Origin: Antedon mediterranea
Taxonomy: Eukaryota > Animalia > Echinodermata
NCBI RefSeq assembly: GCF_964355755.1
Contig: NC_092673.1
Span: forward strand, 28,889,648-28,953,647
Reading direction: 5' to 3'
Length of the DNA stretch: 64,000 nt
This document shows positions 63,682-64,000 of the stretch, piece by piece. Both the position numbers and the translations under genes were made by a program. Below the pieces are notes generated by a model. It was not told the origin of the DNA. It did not search any database and saw only the letters and a program-made list of their open reading frames with translations. Position 1 is the stretch's first letter, and the number at the start of each line of letters is the position of its first letter.

Positions 63682-64000
63682 GTAGGAGCCATTTTCCCTT
63701 TCATTTCATCAATTATACAAAGCTAAAAGTTAAATTTCATTTTTGTATGTCATATAGCAAATATACATAAAGCTAAATCAAAATTATGATATAAAACAGT
63801 AAAGAAGAAGTAAGAATCTAACAAAGCTTTTGGAAAGCACAATTCCTTCATCATTTTACAAATTAGTATAGAGTAAATGAGTATTAGTATGAAGCTTGGT
63901 GGTTAACATGCTTGTTCGGGGTTCAATCTTGACCTAGTGCCAGGGTTGTAACTCGACTCTTTCAACTCCACTCCCTAAGCCTCCAATAAGACTTACGCCC

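Overview
AT-rich, intron-containing DNA from an invertebrate animal (species not determinable from sequence). Five spliced genes were reconstructed by hand from GT-AG boundaries and reading phase. (1) A 5'-incomplete TBC1D2/TBC1D2B-family Rab-GAP (+, 2430-33141) with an unusual C-terminal WD40-like extension interrupted by a 2.45-kb exon. (2) A DUSP19-like phosphatase (-). (3) CK2 beta, CSNK2B (+). (4) PIN1 (-). (5) A 3'-incomplete EVI5/EVI5L Rab-GAP (+). Introns are dense with non-autonomous DNA transposons: about 21 copies of one MITE, several PIF/Harbinger-type TWA elements and two near-identical Kolobok-type TTAA elements. There is also a 5'-truncated LINE, SINE/LINE remnants and several minisatellites. 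The most notable observation is a set of 25-38 bp CA...TG hairpins with exact 7-bp target duplications that look like P-element excision footprints. Also notable are the TBC-WD40 protein architecture with putative isoform switches and LIR-like motifs, and a gene set whose human homologues map largely to MHC-paralogous chromosomes.
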